This document shows, in pieces, positions 11,901 to 24,195 of a stretch of DNA of 64,000 nt; position 1 is the stretch's first letter; each line of letters begins with the position of its first letter. The translations under genes were made by a program, and so were the position numbers. The stretch is from Tubulanus polymorphus. Lineage: Eukaryota > Animalia > Nemertea. The notes below the pieces were generated by a model, which worked only from the letters and a program-made list of their open reading frames with translations, ran no database searches and had not been told where the DNA came from. The DNA is taken from positions 5,684,778 to 5,748,777 of the forward strand of contig NC_134030.1 of the NCBI RefSeq assembly GCF_964204645.1. The letters run 5' to 3'.

Positions 11901-14900
11901 TCGGAAGAAACCGCCGCTATAAGACTTCATCAGCGCGTAATACGACTTCATTGCAGTTTAATTAGCCTGGGTCAGCTTTCATCAACCGAGCAGTAATCAA
12001 CGCTCTGATTGCACCAAATCAAATAACCACAAATACGGTATCGCGCAGCTTACGTTAGTTCGTTATTACGATTATTTAACGATCCTCGGCTCAAATTTAA
12101 TTTCTACCTCGGCGAATGATTACTTTCGTTCTCGGTAATCGCGCCTCCTCGGTAGATTCGTTATTGCTTTGATTTCCTCGGTCGCTCATTTCCGCCGCAC
12201 GGGTCTAGCGTTCATCAGCATCCGATAAGTTTTATAGCGTTTTTCACAATATGGCGTCGCCAGTATGTTCTGGAATCAGATTGCAAACCTTCAGTCATTC
12301 GGGGCAACAGATTTAATCTCGAGGGTTCAGTTTCGCAGTGTTAACGCGAGTTAACATGATGCCCAACGTAAATCATAGGCTAGCTTTGATTCGTACTGAC
12401 AGGCTGGGGTGTATCCTGGGGGCACTAAACTGTACAAGTCCATCAAGCTTCTCGTCAACAAAAATATTGGTGTACTTCAGTGAAGAGGGGCGCCTCGTAT
12501 ATTGCCTTTTTGCCTTCGAAATACGATCGGCCCCTAGTGATTTTGGTTCGTATTGGGAGTGTGTGTAATACATATTCGAAACGCCAAATCAACGATACAC
12601 GCAGGTTATCGCCAGGGGCCTGTTGCACAGTCGTGACTTAAGTCCAAAAGTAGTCTTAAATCTTAAGACTGGTCTTAAGTTGTTAGATTGGCTATATAAC
12701 TAAGTTCGTCTTAGACTAAGCCATGACTATGCAACCGGCCCCAGTAGTCTAAGCTGTTATTCGTGTCTATGTGATTGTCACGACTCAACCTCACGTGCAC
12801 GTATCTCCCTAATAGAATTACTGAAAATCATGCCGCATATAATCCACTTACATAGATATTGACATAAATAGATACATGGTGTATTTATATTTCAGGTTAT
12901 CTGGCTCGAAGATTCGGTGCTAAATACCTATTCGGCGGAGGTATCGCGATAACTGGCTTATTGACGTTGTTTACACCTGTCTTGGCGAAAGTGAACGTCT
13001 GGGTGTTAGTCGCCTCTCGTGTTTTGATGGGAATATGTGAGGTTAGGGAAACACTCAAATTGTGAAAAAATATATACAGTAAAAGTCTTTCATAATGCCA
13101 CTATTGGGAACATGGTGGCGTTATAACTAATGTGGCGTTATATAGAATGGTACTTCCATTGAATTTATTTTCATTGGGCAAATTCATTCTCTACTATTTA
13201 TTGGCTGTAGCATTAAAAAGGATGGCGTTATAATGGACTTCGACTGTATTTCATTGCAATTCTGGGTTAAATGAATTATCCCACGAAGATGTATTGTTCA
13301 ATTAGTCTTTGTCTGATACGAATTCAATTCACACTCAATTCTTATATTATGTTTAAAGGGTGTCACATTCCCTGCCATCCATACTCTATGGAGTAAATGG
13401 GCCCCACCGTTAGAACGAAGTAAACTCGCTATCACTACATTCTCCGGTAAGTAAATCTACAGTCAATAATGCATACTTCTTATTTGATTGAATATGTTTT
13501 ATATAATACATTATGTATTAGGCCTATAACGAATTTTCGAAAATCAACATAACCAGTAAAACTCAAGAGAAGCTAGTTAATGTTGCCTGGAATGAAGTTT
13601 ATTGGATCTTGAACTGCTTGTATCCATCTGTGAGCCTTCAATTTGTCCGATAGATTTTAACGTGGCTTTTGGTGATGTTGCTTTGCAGGAGCGTACTCGG
13701 GCACAGTCGTAGCTATGATAATATCCGGGTTGATGGCCGAACACCTCAACTGGGAGGCGATTTTCTATTTTTTCGGCGGATTAGCGATTGCTTGGTTTAT
13801 GGTTTGGTGTTTGTTGATTACCGAATCTCCGCAGACCCACCCTTCAATCACTCGACTCGAGTTGGAATACATCGAACATAGCATCGGATTTTCAGATAAA
13901 AAAGCCGATGTAAGATATGTTTGTTATACATTTTGCAAATCTTTAAGATATATTACAAAAACCGCTTCCAAAAGCGTCATTAGTATAGAACATAACGTTC
14001 TTTACTAATGATGCAGACTGATGTTATCTACGTCAATATATGATTAAAGACCTCGAATACTGTGTTACATATTCATTATATTCATCTGTCTTTTAGAGTC
14101 AAGCGACACCGTGGAAATCGATCTTCACATCCCTACCGGTAATGGCTATTACAGTCGCCCATTTCGGAGAGAACTGGGGATTTTATACATTGCTCACCGG
14201 CTTGCCGAGTTTTATGAACAATGTTTTCCATTTTTCGCTGCAGAAGGTACGAAAAAATAATTACCTAAAGCATGAATAATGTCTTCAATAAGTAAATTAC
14301 GAAGATATTTGTTTTGTTTAATGTAGTCCGGATTTCTGGCCGCTTTGCCGTATTTGGTGATGGCTTTAGCCGCTCAGCTCGGTGGGAATTTCGCTGACTG
14401 CCTGCGAGGACGTCTAGGATGTTCAACTACTCTGGTTCGCAAATTGTTCAACGCGGTTGGTACGTATATTTCCCCAGTAACTCCTTCCTAGTAAACCCAA
14501 ACCCCGCACACAGCGCACATTTGCTTTTGCATGTTGAATGAAAACCTTTTTTAGAAACTCTCATTAATATACGTATTTCTATTTCTCAACAGCATTTTCT
14601 GGTCAAGCTATTTTCCTGATTATAGTCGGGTTTACCCCTAATATAAACGCTGCTGTCGTATCGTTGACATTAGCAGTTGGTCTGGGAGGATTCTGTTACG
14701 CCGGATTCGCTGTCAATCATCTAGATATCGCCCCTCAGGTAATCAATCTACGTATATTCGATTTGTTTCGCCTGGTTTGTCATAAAAATGAACTTCCAGC
14801 AATGTGACATAGGCTACATATGAATATCGCATCGATTCTGATAATTGTACCGGAAATATGCGGTATCCAATTGTAGCAGGTGTACAGATTTATGAGATTA

Positions 14901-15568
14901 CCGGAATTTTTAATATATTGATATCTATTTTATGCAGTATGCTGGAATATTGATGGGAATTACCAATACAGTGGCGACTATACCAGGAATTGTTAGTCCT
15001 ATTATCACCGGGCAAATTGTACAACACAAGGTAAATGAAATTATAATTTCATTTGGAAGGTGCCCCATATACCTATCATCAAAAATACATACTTGATACA
15101 CGTTATACAAGGGATTCTGTGCGAGTCGATGTGCACTACGTCATCAATATTGACGTTTCAAAATAACAATTATGAATTTTGGCGTTTATTTTGTAATTAG
15201 ATATATTTCATAAGTCTCATTCTATTTTTGATAAATTTTGATGATTACTTTTTGAGCGGATGTGCTCCGCTTAATGTAGTTTTGCTATCACCTGATCGTA
15301 TACAATGATTTGGAATCGAGAGGGAGGTCATCCCGCTGACAAAATTTTCAGTACATCACTTCATTTTTTTCAGCTGGCTTCCGAGTGGCGCATCGTGTTC
15401 TTCATCGCTGCCGCTATCTATCTGGCCTCAATGGTCGTCTACGTCATATTCGCTTCCGGTGAAACTCAACAATGGGCCAAGATCGCTAACGGCTACGAGG
15501 TCCATTCGACGCTGACCGACGTCGAAGAGGAAGACGAAGAGGACGAAAAGAATGAAACCGTTCATTGA
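8903..15568 (+). CDS. SLC17-family MFS anion transporter (sialin/SLC17A5-like), 11 coding exons
   Basis: Phase-consistent GT-AG exons: 8903-9059, 9238-9332, 10155-10242, 12896-13041, 13359-13446, 13689-13909, 14097-14246, 14327-14459, 14593-14738, 14938-15030, 15374-15568. Motifs [71 protein letters not shown]-terminal dileucine-like DEEKKIL. Confidence 0.93.
10739..10985 (+). repeat. Dispersed repeat family A, copy 1 (SLC17 intron)
   Basis: Contains atattgatgacgt(a/g)g...cacat twice and cgccaaaattcacaat. Homologous to 15111-15260 (inverted) and 59663-59860. Confidence 0.75.
11495..11640 (+). repeat. Dispersed repeat family B (second copy at about 15935-16140, with an internal ~45-bp direct duplication)
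   Basis: Shared actctcaaaatc(a/g)gaat...aactactacaattaa..acatcaggt. Confidence 0.6.
12616..12741. mobile_element. PIF/Harbinger-type MITE
   Basis: TIR gggcctgttgcacagtcgtgactta / taagccatgactatgcaaccggccc, with a 3-bp CAG TSD at 12613-12615 and 12742-12744. Confidence 0.75.
13077..13246. mobile_element. Tc1/mariner (pogo/Tigger-type) MITE
   Basis: TA|cagtaaaagtctttcataatgcca ... tggcgttataatggacttcgactg|TA. Confidence 0.7.
15111..15260 (-). repeat. Dispersed repeat family A, copy 2 (inverted)
   Basis: gatgtgcactacgtcatcaatattg...aattttggcgt is the reverse complement of the family A core. Confidence 0.7.
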
Positions 15569-17579
15569 AACCACCCTCTCCCCTGAAGAGACTGGAGCCG
15601 GATCCTTCAGCTGAATGTTGATAATGTCTGTTGTCGCATTATTGTGTGATGAGTGATATATATTGTGATCAATAAGTTCTTCGTAACTCTAAAAAATAAG
15701 TGCAGTAATGTCTCTCCCAGCTACATTGGGGCCACGCGATAGATAGATCAAGCATCAACTGGAACTAACTGCCGAACTGTTAAAATCTCCATGCCTAACC
15801 ACAATGACCAATTGAACAATCACGTTAAAGAGGATTTAGAATCTGAATGCATATTGAAAATACTTACGGTTGCCCTAAGCAGACCTGGCTACAATAACAA
15901 TTTAAGAGCATTTATTTTCCTCTCAGGTTAAGAGCTCAATTATTCCCAAAAATATCAAAAAACTCTCAGAATCGGAATAATTTCTAGTTCATTTTCAATT
16001 TAACTAGTATTTAAAATGTCAAATTGCTCTCAATTTTGGTACAAACTACTACAATTAATGACATCAGGTAGCCGAGTCTGCGTAGGAAACTCTGCTCGCA
16101 ATTTTGGTACAAAGTACTACAATTAATGACATCAGGTAGGTAACGTGTGATATTATTTTATCAAACCATCATCTATTGGAACTTCGTATAACTTCCCTCC
16201 AGCGGCTCTTTCATTTTCTGTATTTTGTTTGGAAATTCTGCTTTTAAACAACATGAAGTAAAGCAATCGAGATTTCATACTCGGGGTCCATTGCCCTTCA
16301 TATGTAGTAGAAAATGACCGAAAAGACGACGATGTTGTATAATGTCTAGTATTTAAGTTTTACATATGTGTCTGCATACATAAATCTAACTAATTTGTTT
16401 AAATTGTAAAAAATGTTATTGATTGTAACAAAATGTCGAATGATACGTCATGGTCACTTTTTCCAGTCTCACGAAAACTGTGGTTGATAGTCGACGTGAA
16501 ACTGGAATATTGTAGATTAATGTTGAAACTTTGTAGAATACTAGAGGTCAATACTTACCAAGCTGCATTTGTGTACATAGTAATCCGGGTGTTTAATCGA
16601 GGGATGATAATAACAACTGTGATTGTATTTTCACGTTACAGTATTCTACTAGTACAACGCGAAAGACTTTATTTTTTATGCAAATTATTTAGGACGACAT
16701 ACGTAAAGACACCAATGTTCTCTATTTTGCTAGAATAGAAATTTCAATCCACTTCTGTTGATGTATTGGTATATATATAGATATACACTGTATTATTAAA
16801 AAGGATCTATGTATATTTTATGAAAATCAAATATTCATGTATACACGTTTATTGTTTATTGTCTTGTGATCAAATTCCGTTGAATAAAAAACTATATTTT
16901 GTTTGAGATTATGTCATTATTGGAACGCGCTTGTGAGTTTTATTTCGGCGAAGACATGGGCTTCCTGCTTCTTTCTTCCTAATAGTCAGTAAACCAAGAT
17001 CACGCTCGAAATGTGACCCCCGAAATATTCAACTAGCTGGTCACTGGTGTCCGGCATCGAACCCAGAGTTGGATTACGCATGTTTGAAGTTTGATTTCTA
17101 TTTCGGGGTTATCACGTACATCGACTGACCTTTGCTGAGTGCCAGAGCGAAATCTGATAAACAAAATGTGTTTAGCGAATGTCAGTAGGTCAGTGTTGCG
17201 TTTCCTATATCTTGGACCCCAGATACAGATTCTCATTATGCAGTACCGTGCTGAGATCAGATGTATACGTGAATTCGTTTCTGTTTTTGTCGTTCAGTTT
17301 CGATCATCTTTTAAACTATATTTGAATAGTTTATGTTGACATACTCTAGAGTGTTGGAAATATGTAAAACGATCGTTTGAAGTCGGCCAACATAAACACG
17401 AAGAAGGAGTTTAGGTCATAAGAGGATGAGATGATACCACATATGGCCAGCATTATCATTATCTGGATATAGGTGCATATATGATACACATATAGGAATT
17501 TAAAAACTGCGGACGATTAGCAAGAGAGTGAAAGTTCCGCTTATTATAACGGAAAAATTCTAAGGATTTGTGCAAGAAA

Positions 17580-20500
17580 ATGTCGTCAGAAATATGGATC
17601 GTTTTCATCTGTTTTACGGTAACCCTGGTAACTGAATTATCGGCGAGAAGTGGCGGAGATCTGATCGAAAGCGAACAGTCGCAAACTGCAGGAAAAGAAT
17701 CATTCTTTATGCTCAGGTAAGCGTAGCCTGCGGGATGCTGGGTTACAGCTGTAATGATTCTCTTTGATTTACATCATTGGCCTTTATTTGTGGACGAACA
17801 ACTGTATACTTGAAAGAAATTGCTGGATATCTCCTTGCTTTTACATTAATTTCGACAACATCTCTATAGCCTACTCTACAGAAAATTGCTGACTCTCTAT
17901 GAAACTTTCAGGGGCCCAAATGTTTGCAAATTCGGGCATATGTTCACTTGTTGTCCTGGTTGGACTCAGATACGCAGGGATGGACCATGCAATAAACGTA
18001 AGACTTCCAATTATCACAGAAGACAGATGTGTCATTAACCATAATCTAAATGATTATTGACTGTTCATATATAGTTTCATTATTTTCAAATTTGTTGTAT
18101 ATTTTCTAGCCGTATGTACATTTGATTGCGGTGATGGTGGAGCATGTACCGCTCCTGACACTTGTAGATGTCGTGACGGGAAATCATCGGTGACCTGCGA
18201 CGCGGCGAGACTTCCAGAGGCTAATGCTGTCATGAGACAACGCGAGAGACGGACTTGCACGCAGCTTCGGTGTCATCAAGGTTGCGCGATTTATATGGGC
18301 CAGGCTTACTGCACTTGTCGCCGCGGTTACCATCTAAGTGTCGACGGAAGATTCTGCGTTGGTATGTTGACGTGAAGACACCACGAGTCCACGGAGGCGG
18401 CCACTGATTAGACATTTACCAGCATAATATGGTTTTTGAACGATAACAATTTCAACTCTATCTTTACAGATATAAACGAATGTTTAAGCTCTAATGTACC
18501 GTGCCAACAACGATGTTTGAACATTGCCGGAAGTTATCGTTGTTCCTGTTCGGCTGGTTACCAGTTACAGGTCGATGCGACTTCATGTCAACCAATCGAA
18601 CTAACCGGTAATGTCGTTTTTAGTCCGTACTTTCCGGTTGATAACTGCGAATCGAGAATACAAATTGTAGCGGTATAATTCACAGTTCTCGTTGTACGTG
18701 ACATGTTTTGATAATGCTTCGATAAACAGATCAGTGTTCTAAGCTCAACCTCGTATAACGTTTGGTGTATTTCTGTCCCCATGCGTCATCTACCCATTGC
18801 CGGTAACAACAAAAAATGGTCCCTTCTTTCGACCAGAAATGATGCATGATAATTATCAAATGCTCTTTTTAGATGAGAATTGTAAAGATGGAAATTGCAC
18901 TGATCAACAGGATTCTCAGCCGAGTTGGAGAGATGCTAATCCGGGCACTCTAGTCAATCAGCGCCATGTTTATCACGGAGGCCAAGGTCAACCGATGTTC
19001 GCTGGCGATGATTTTGACGGTCAGATCGGAGAAATAATGGAAACGTCAGAAACGGAAAGAGCTCGGGGTAGAAGGCGCGCGTTGAGAGTACGAGACCCAC
19101 ATCGGAGGCATCTGAAAGTTTTACGTCGACTGGACACGACGATCAAACGATCGGGTCGAAGAAAACCGTTGAGAAAGATCGATCGCGAAACGTTGCGTAG
19201 TTTAAGACACCCGTGCGCCGGTGGAAAGTGTAAAAACATCAATCTGAAATCGATCAGCAGCGTACTGAGAGATATGCAAACGTCAGAGGCGATCTCACGA
19301 GCTGATCAAAGCGGAACCGTTAAGTCCGGCAAGCGCCGAGTCAGCTACGGTATTACTTATCTACCTGAGACGGGTGATGGTGGTCGGATTCCGACCGTTT
19401 CTCGCGGTGTTTCAAACACTTTAACGACGGATGAACTGGTTCCAAACGGCCACTATACCCAGACAGTTGTCGACCAAGCCGGACAAACCGATACGAATTT
19501 TCAAACTTCGAGAGCTTTTCCAACTGGACAGAACTTCCAAACGGGATCCAGTGACCAATATGGACAAAACTTTCCTAATGGACATCAATTCACGAATGGA
19601 CAGGTTGGCCAAAACTTCCCGACTGGACAAGGTTATCCAAATGGACAAAACTTTCAAACAGGACAAGGTTATCCAAATGGGCAAAACTTCCAAATTGGTC
19701 AAGGTTATCCTAATGGACAAAACTTCCAAACTGGTCCCGGTTTTCCAAATGGCCAAAACATCCCCACCGATGGACGAGGTTTTCCAACAGTGGAAGGTTT
19801 TCCTCGCGGGCAAAATGTTCCGACTGGGCAAAGTTTGCCTGGTCAGAAAATGCAAACTGGAGACCCATTAGCGACACAGTTTACACAGGGCGGTATTCCT
19901 TCTCAGGGTACGGGGTATCCTGACGTCATTCCATTAGGTTGGTCATCCGACTGCATAGATCCAGAATCGACAAACAATCAGGATGGTTCTTCCAATCAAG
20001 GGGGTGGTTGTGGTGGTAGTAGTTCGAGCGATGGAGAATTGTATTCTTGGAACGAATATCAGCTATATATGGGAAATGGTTGTAACACTGGCGGTGATTG
20101 CGCTGGAGTCCAGATCCCAGATATCGACCCTAATTCAGCCGCGAATGGTATGAAACCTTGTGTTGGGTATGGGTGTCAAACTATGACTGGATATTCCCCC
20201 TGTCAAGGTCAAGGATGTTTAGGTATACCAGTATCCGGGACATATCCTTGTGTCGGTTTTGAATGTGGACAAAGTGCGCCGATCCATACTGGTTTCCAGT
20301 GTGTCGGACCGGGCTGTTCCACTAGTGGAGATTTATGTCCAGGTGGCAATTGTGGTGGGAATCAGATAGTCAGACCTCAGGGACCATGTGTCGGTTACGG
20401 GTGTCCGGGATTCGATAGTTTTCCGGTAACTGGAGGATGTGGTGGATTGCCTTGTGGGTCAGGTTTCCCGACCAGTGGAAACATCCCAGTCGATAGAAAC

Positions 20501-22772
20501 AAGGAAACTGGGTCGTCAGTAAATGTCCCATGGACTGGTCAGATAACTCCGAATAGAGGTCAAGTGAATCCAGGCCAGGTGAATTTGGGACAAGTGGGTC
20601 CAGGTAAGGTGAATCTGGGTCAAGCGAATCCTGGTCGGGTGAATCCTGGTCGGGTGAATTTGGGTCAAGTGAATCCTGGTCGGGTGAATCCTGGCCAAGT
20701 GAATTTGGGTCAAGTGAATCCTGGGCGGGTGAATCTGGGTCAAGGTAATCCTGGTCGGGTGAATCCTGGGCGGGTGAATCTGGGTCAAGGGAATCCTGGT
20801 CGGGTGAAACCTGGGCGGGTGAATTTGGGTCAAGGGAATCCTAATCAAGTCGATCGGGGTCAAGTGAATCCTGGTCGGGTGAATTTAGGTCAAGTGGATG
20901 CAGATCAAGTGAATCCAGGTCAAGTTGAAGACAAAGAAAATCTTGGTCAGGTGAATAGAGTGATTCCAAATAGAGTTATTACATCAACGGTTAGACCAGT
21001 TCGCACTACCCCACCCCCTCGGAGAAATCGAGGGTGTCGTCGTGGAGATAGGTCACCCGGATGCGCCACAAACACATACGATTCGAATAATAGAAATAAC
21101 AACGAAGGTTTTATCGGTAGCCCACAAACAGACCGCGTGAATCCAACGATTATCAATCCAAATCCAACGACTAAAGATGGATCGACAATCCGCATTACTC
21201 ACGGGGGCTCTTCAATCTTGTGTACAGGACCTGCGTGTAAGAGTCAGATTTCTACACCTTCTGATGAGGTAATGTCACCTTTACTTGTTCATAGTCTATA
21301 GTCGAAACTATCGAATCAATAAGAGAACCACCAAAGGGTCCATGCAATTGGTTTCAATAGACATTATTAATTTTACAATTCAAAAACTACCTGTGAGTAG
21401 TTTGAAAATGGCTCATAGAATTGAGTCCAGCCGGCAGATACTCTATTGGTTTTTTTCCTGTTGGTTTTTCTTAAAGCTTATGAGATTTGTTATGCATTCC
21501 TGTAGCGCAAAGCACCGAGAATCAGACTTCCAATCTCCTCCAGACATCAGAAGTTTATACGATGTGGACCCAGGGAGACGTTCAGATACACAAAACGCGG
21601 TCCGAAATGCGTTCCAGATGAACGCCCGCAACAAGACGACAGTTGCCAGCCGGGATGTCAAAACGGCGGTTCGTGTTTTTACGCTCAGTGTCGATGTCCA
21701 CCCGGATTCAAAGGGGAATTTTGCGCAGAAGACGTCGATGAGTGTTCGATACTAAAAAATACCGCTATGGCGTGTGAACATGATTGTATCAACACATTTG
21801 GTAGTTACCAGTGTCAATGTCCACTCGATCATACGTTAAACGCTGATGGCCGGTCGTGCAAAAGTAAGTACATGTACAGAAAGTGAAGATTGGAAATTGG
21901 AGTCACGCTGTGAACGATTTTCTTTTTACGTTCTCTATGTTTGTTCAGAAGTGAACTGTTTTCCCAGATGTATGAACAATGGAACTTGTGACAACGGAAA
22001 ATGTTCGTGTACTGCTGGATTCGAAGGCGATTATTGTCAAAAGGGTAAGTTACCGACTAAACTCGAGAGCTTGGCAGTTAAGCAGTACATAACGAGTATA
22101 TAACAGTTCATGTTTATATTACAGATAAAGACGAATGCTCAGAAGGTGGGGATCTATGTCAGTTTTATTGTCGCAATACATACGGTGGATACAAGTGTTT
22201 GTGTCCACCAGGATCGACATTACAGTCTGATAAGCGAACATGTTCCAGTAAGTTCATTCTTGATTCAAGTTCAAGAACTTCTTCGTTTTTTTCTAAAAGC
22301 TCGCGATATTTTTGGACTTTTCATTTCGTCTCTGATATCATAGCATGCAAACCAACAGCATCCAAAGACAAGATACTTTCTGAAATAAAATCGTGTATAT
22401 ATGCGTGATTTTTACGAATTTTACTTTAGATTCGACTTGTATTCCTGCGTGCAAGAATGGCGGAGTTTGCGTGGATCATATGTGCCGGTGTCCACCCGGT
22501 TGGTTCGGTGTCATTTGTCAGTTGGGTGCGTATTAGCCTACGTACATAAAACCAAATAACAGTACCCGCTAAGGTTTCTTCTGTTTCAATTTTGTCGTGG
22601 ATTTGTTTCAGATGTGAACGAATGTGACCATTATAAACCGTGCAGTCATTTGTGCGAGAACGTTGAAGGGAGTTTCAAGTGTGATTGTCCTAGCGGTTTT
22701 ACCCTGAAGTTCGACAGACGAACATGCGTCAATTCCACACTGGCGCAACGAGATCCTTTCATTCTCGTGTAG
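17580..22772 (+). CDS. Secreted EMI-like/EGF/calcium-binding EGF protein with a large low-complexity central exon, 10 exons
   Basis: Exons 17580-17716 (signal peptide MSSEIWIVFICFTVTLVTELSA), 17912-17997 (GPNVC...CCPGW), 18110-18361, 18470-18607 (DINEC), 18873-21268, 21506-21863 (DVDEC), 21949-22044, 22125-22247, 22430-22525, 22612-22772 (DVNEC, stop TAG). GT-AG boundaries join into one frame. Confidence 0.85.
20557..20955 (+). repeat. Coding 15-bp tandem repeat encoding G[QR]VN[PL] pentapeptides
   Basis: Units such as ggtcgggtgaatcct and ggtcaagtgaatcct, about 25 copies. Confidence 0.9.
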
Positions 22773-24195
22773 CGTATAGATGGCGCATTTGTGCTCAAGA
22801 CGCATACGGATTTTGAAGGATCGAAGTTGTTCAAAATCAACATACTCACAGCGGCTGAAATATCGCGAATGACCCTTCTGTAAATAAAAGTGTCTTAAAG
22901 GGCCATTCATTTTTTTAGGAAAAAATGAATGGCCAATTTCAGTCACATACATGTTTTCGATTCGTACTTTTTCTTCTGAATGTCATGGAAAATATTTTTG
23001 CATTAAACTTTGTAGACATTACAATTACAGTTACAGATTATATAGTGGAAATAATTCAGGAAATAAACAATTTTTTAAATTTCCAGTCATAATGTTTTCT
23101 ATTCCTTTCAAAGATTTTTGTACGTTGGAATCTTCTTTGCCCCATCTGTTTTTTTTTAATGTATCATAGGATGTGGATCATAGTTTTTTGCGCTATTGTT
23201 TCATTCACAGCTGTTACACGCGATCTCGATGCATCTATAAACACAACATACGCGCAATCGACAAAAGAACAACATAGAAACTGAAAATATGTGAAATAGA
23301 CACGTTTTTGTCACAGACTGCGCGGGGCACGCGCGCGCACGACTGATTTTCCGGATTGAAATGAATACCCATAACAAAAACATGTATAAGTGATCACCGC
23401 AATACGAACTTACTGAATCATTATAAATCTATCCACTCCAAGATCTATCATAGAATATTGAACCAAGACTGACCGTATGGACCTCATTGATATGTATTTA
23501 GATGCCCGAGAATCTTTTCAGGATAAACCCCATTGGAAAAAAATTGATGACGACACCTGCTTCATTTTTCAGTCTGTGCATACGATAACAATGATGACAA
23601 TTATTCATGGTTTATTCAAAGTATTTGAAACTGATGTATGAAATGTTTTGGGCGGTTATTGACATAGTCCATGTAATTCGAAACCAGTTCGATGAAACAG
23701 CAGATACGAATGCATATGAATTGGAAATTTGAATAATTTTTGTCTGCGATATAAAACTCGAATTTTAGTCACCAGAATTTGCCATGTTTACCGGGGGTAA
23801 ATAGCCACGTTCATATTCAAACCGCAAGATTAGCGCTTTTAAAACAAGCTGTCATTACGCGGATTTTTGTGCAGACCCTGTTACCCCTACTAGCTGTAAT
23901 CACGCGTTCCTCGCAGCACCGCTCAGTCGCAGTTCATTACACGCTGTAGGGGAGTCGATTACTTGCAGCATCAGTCGGTGGTTGCAGCAGCGGCAGCGAC
24001 AATTCGCATAATAAATTTATTTTCCCGGGTTGCATCTCTCCGGCGACGAGGATCCTCTATTCGCCGCATTCCAACGACAAGGATCAAACTTCATTTCGAG
24101 GATTTATATTTCGAGAATATTGTCGTGCGCACAATTTTCTAGAGTTTAAGTTTGCGGATACGGGGATATTTGTGAAAAATTTGTACGGGATTACC

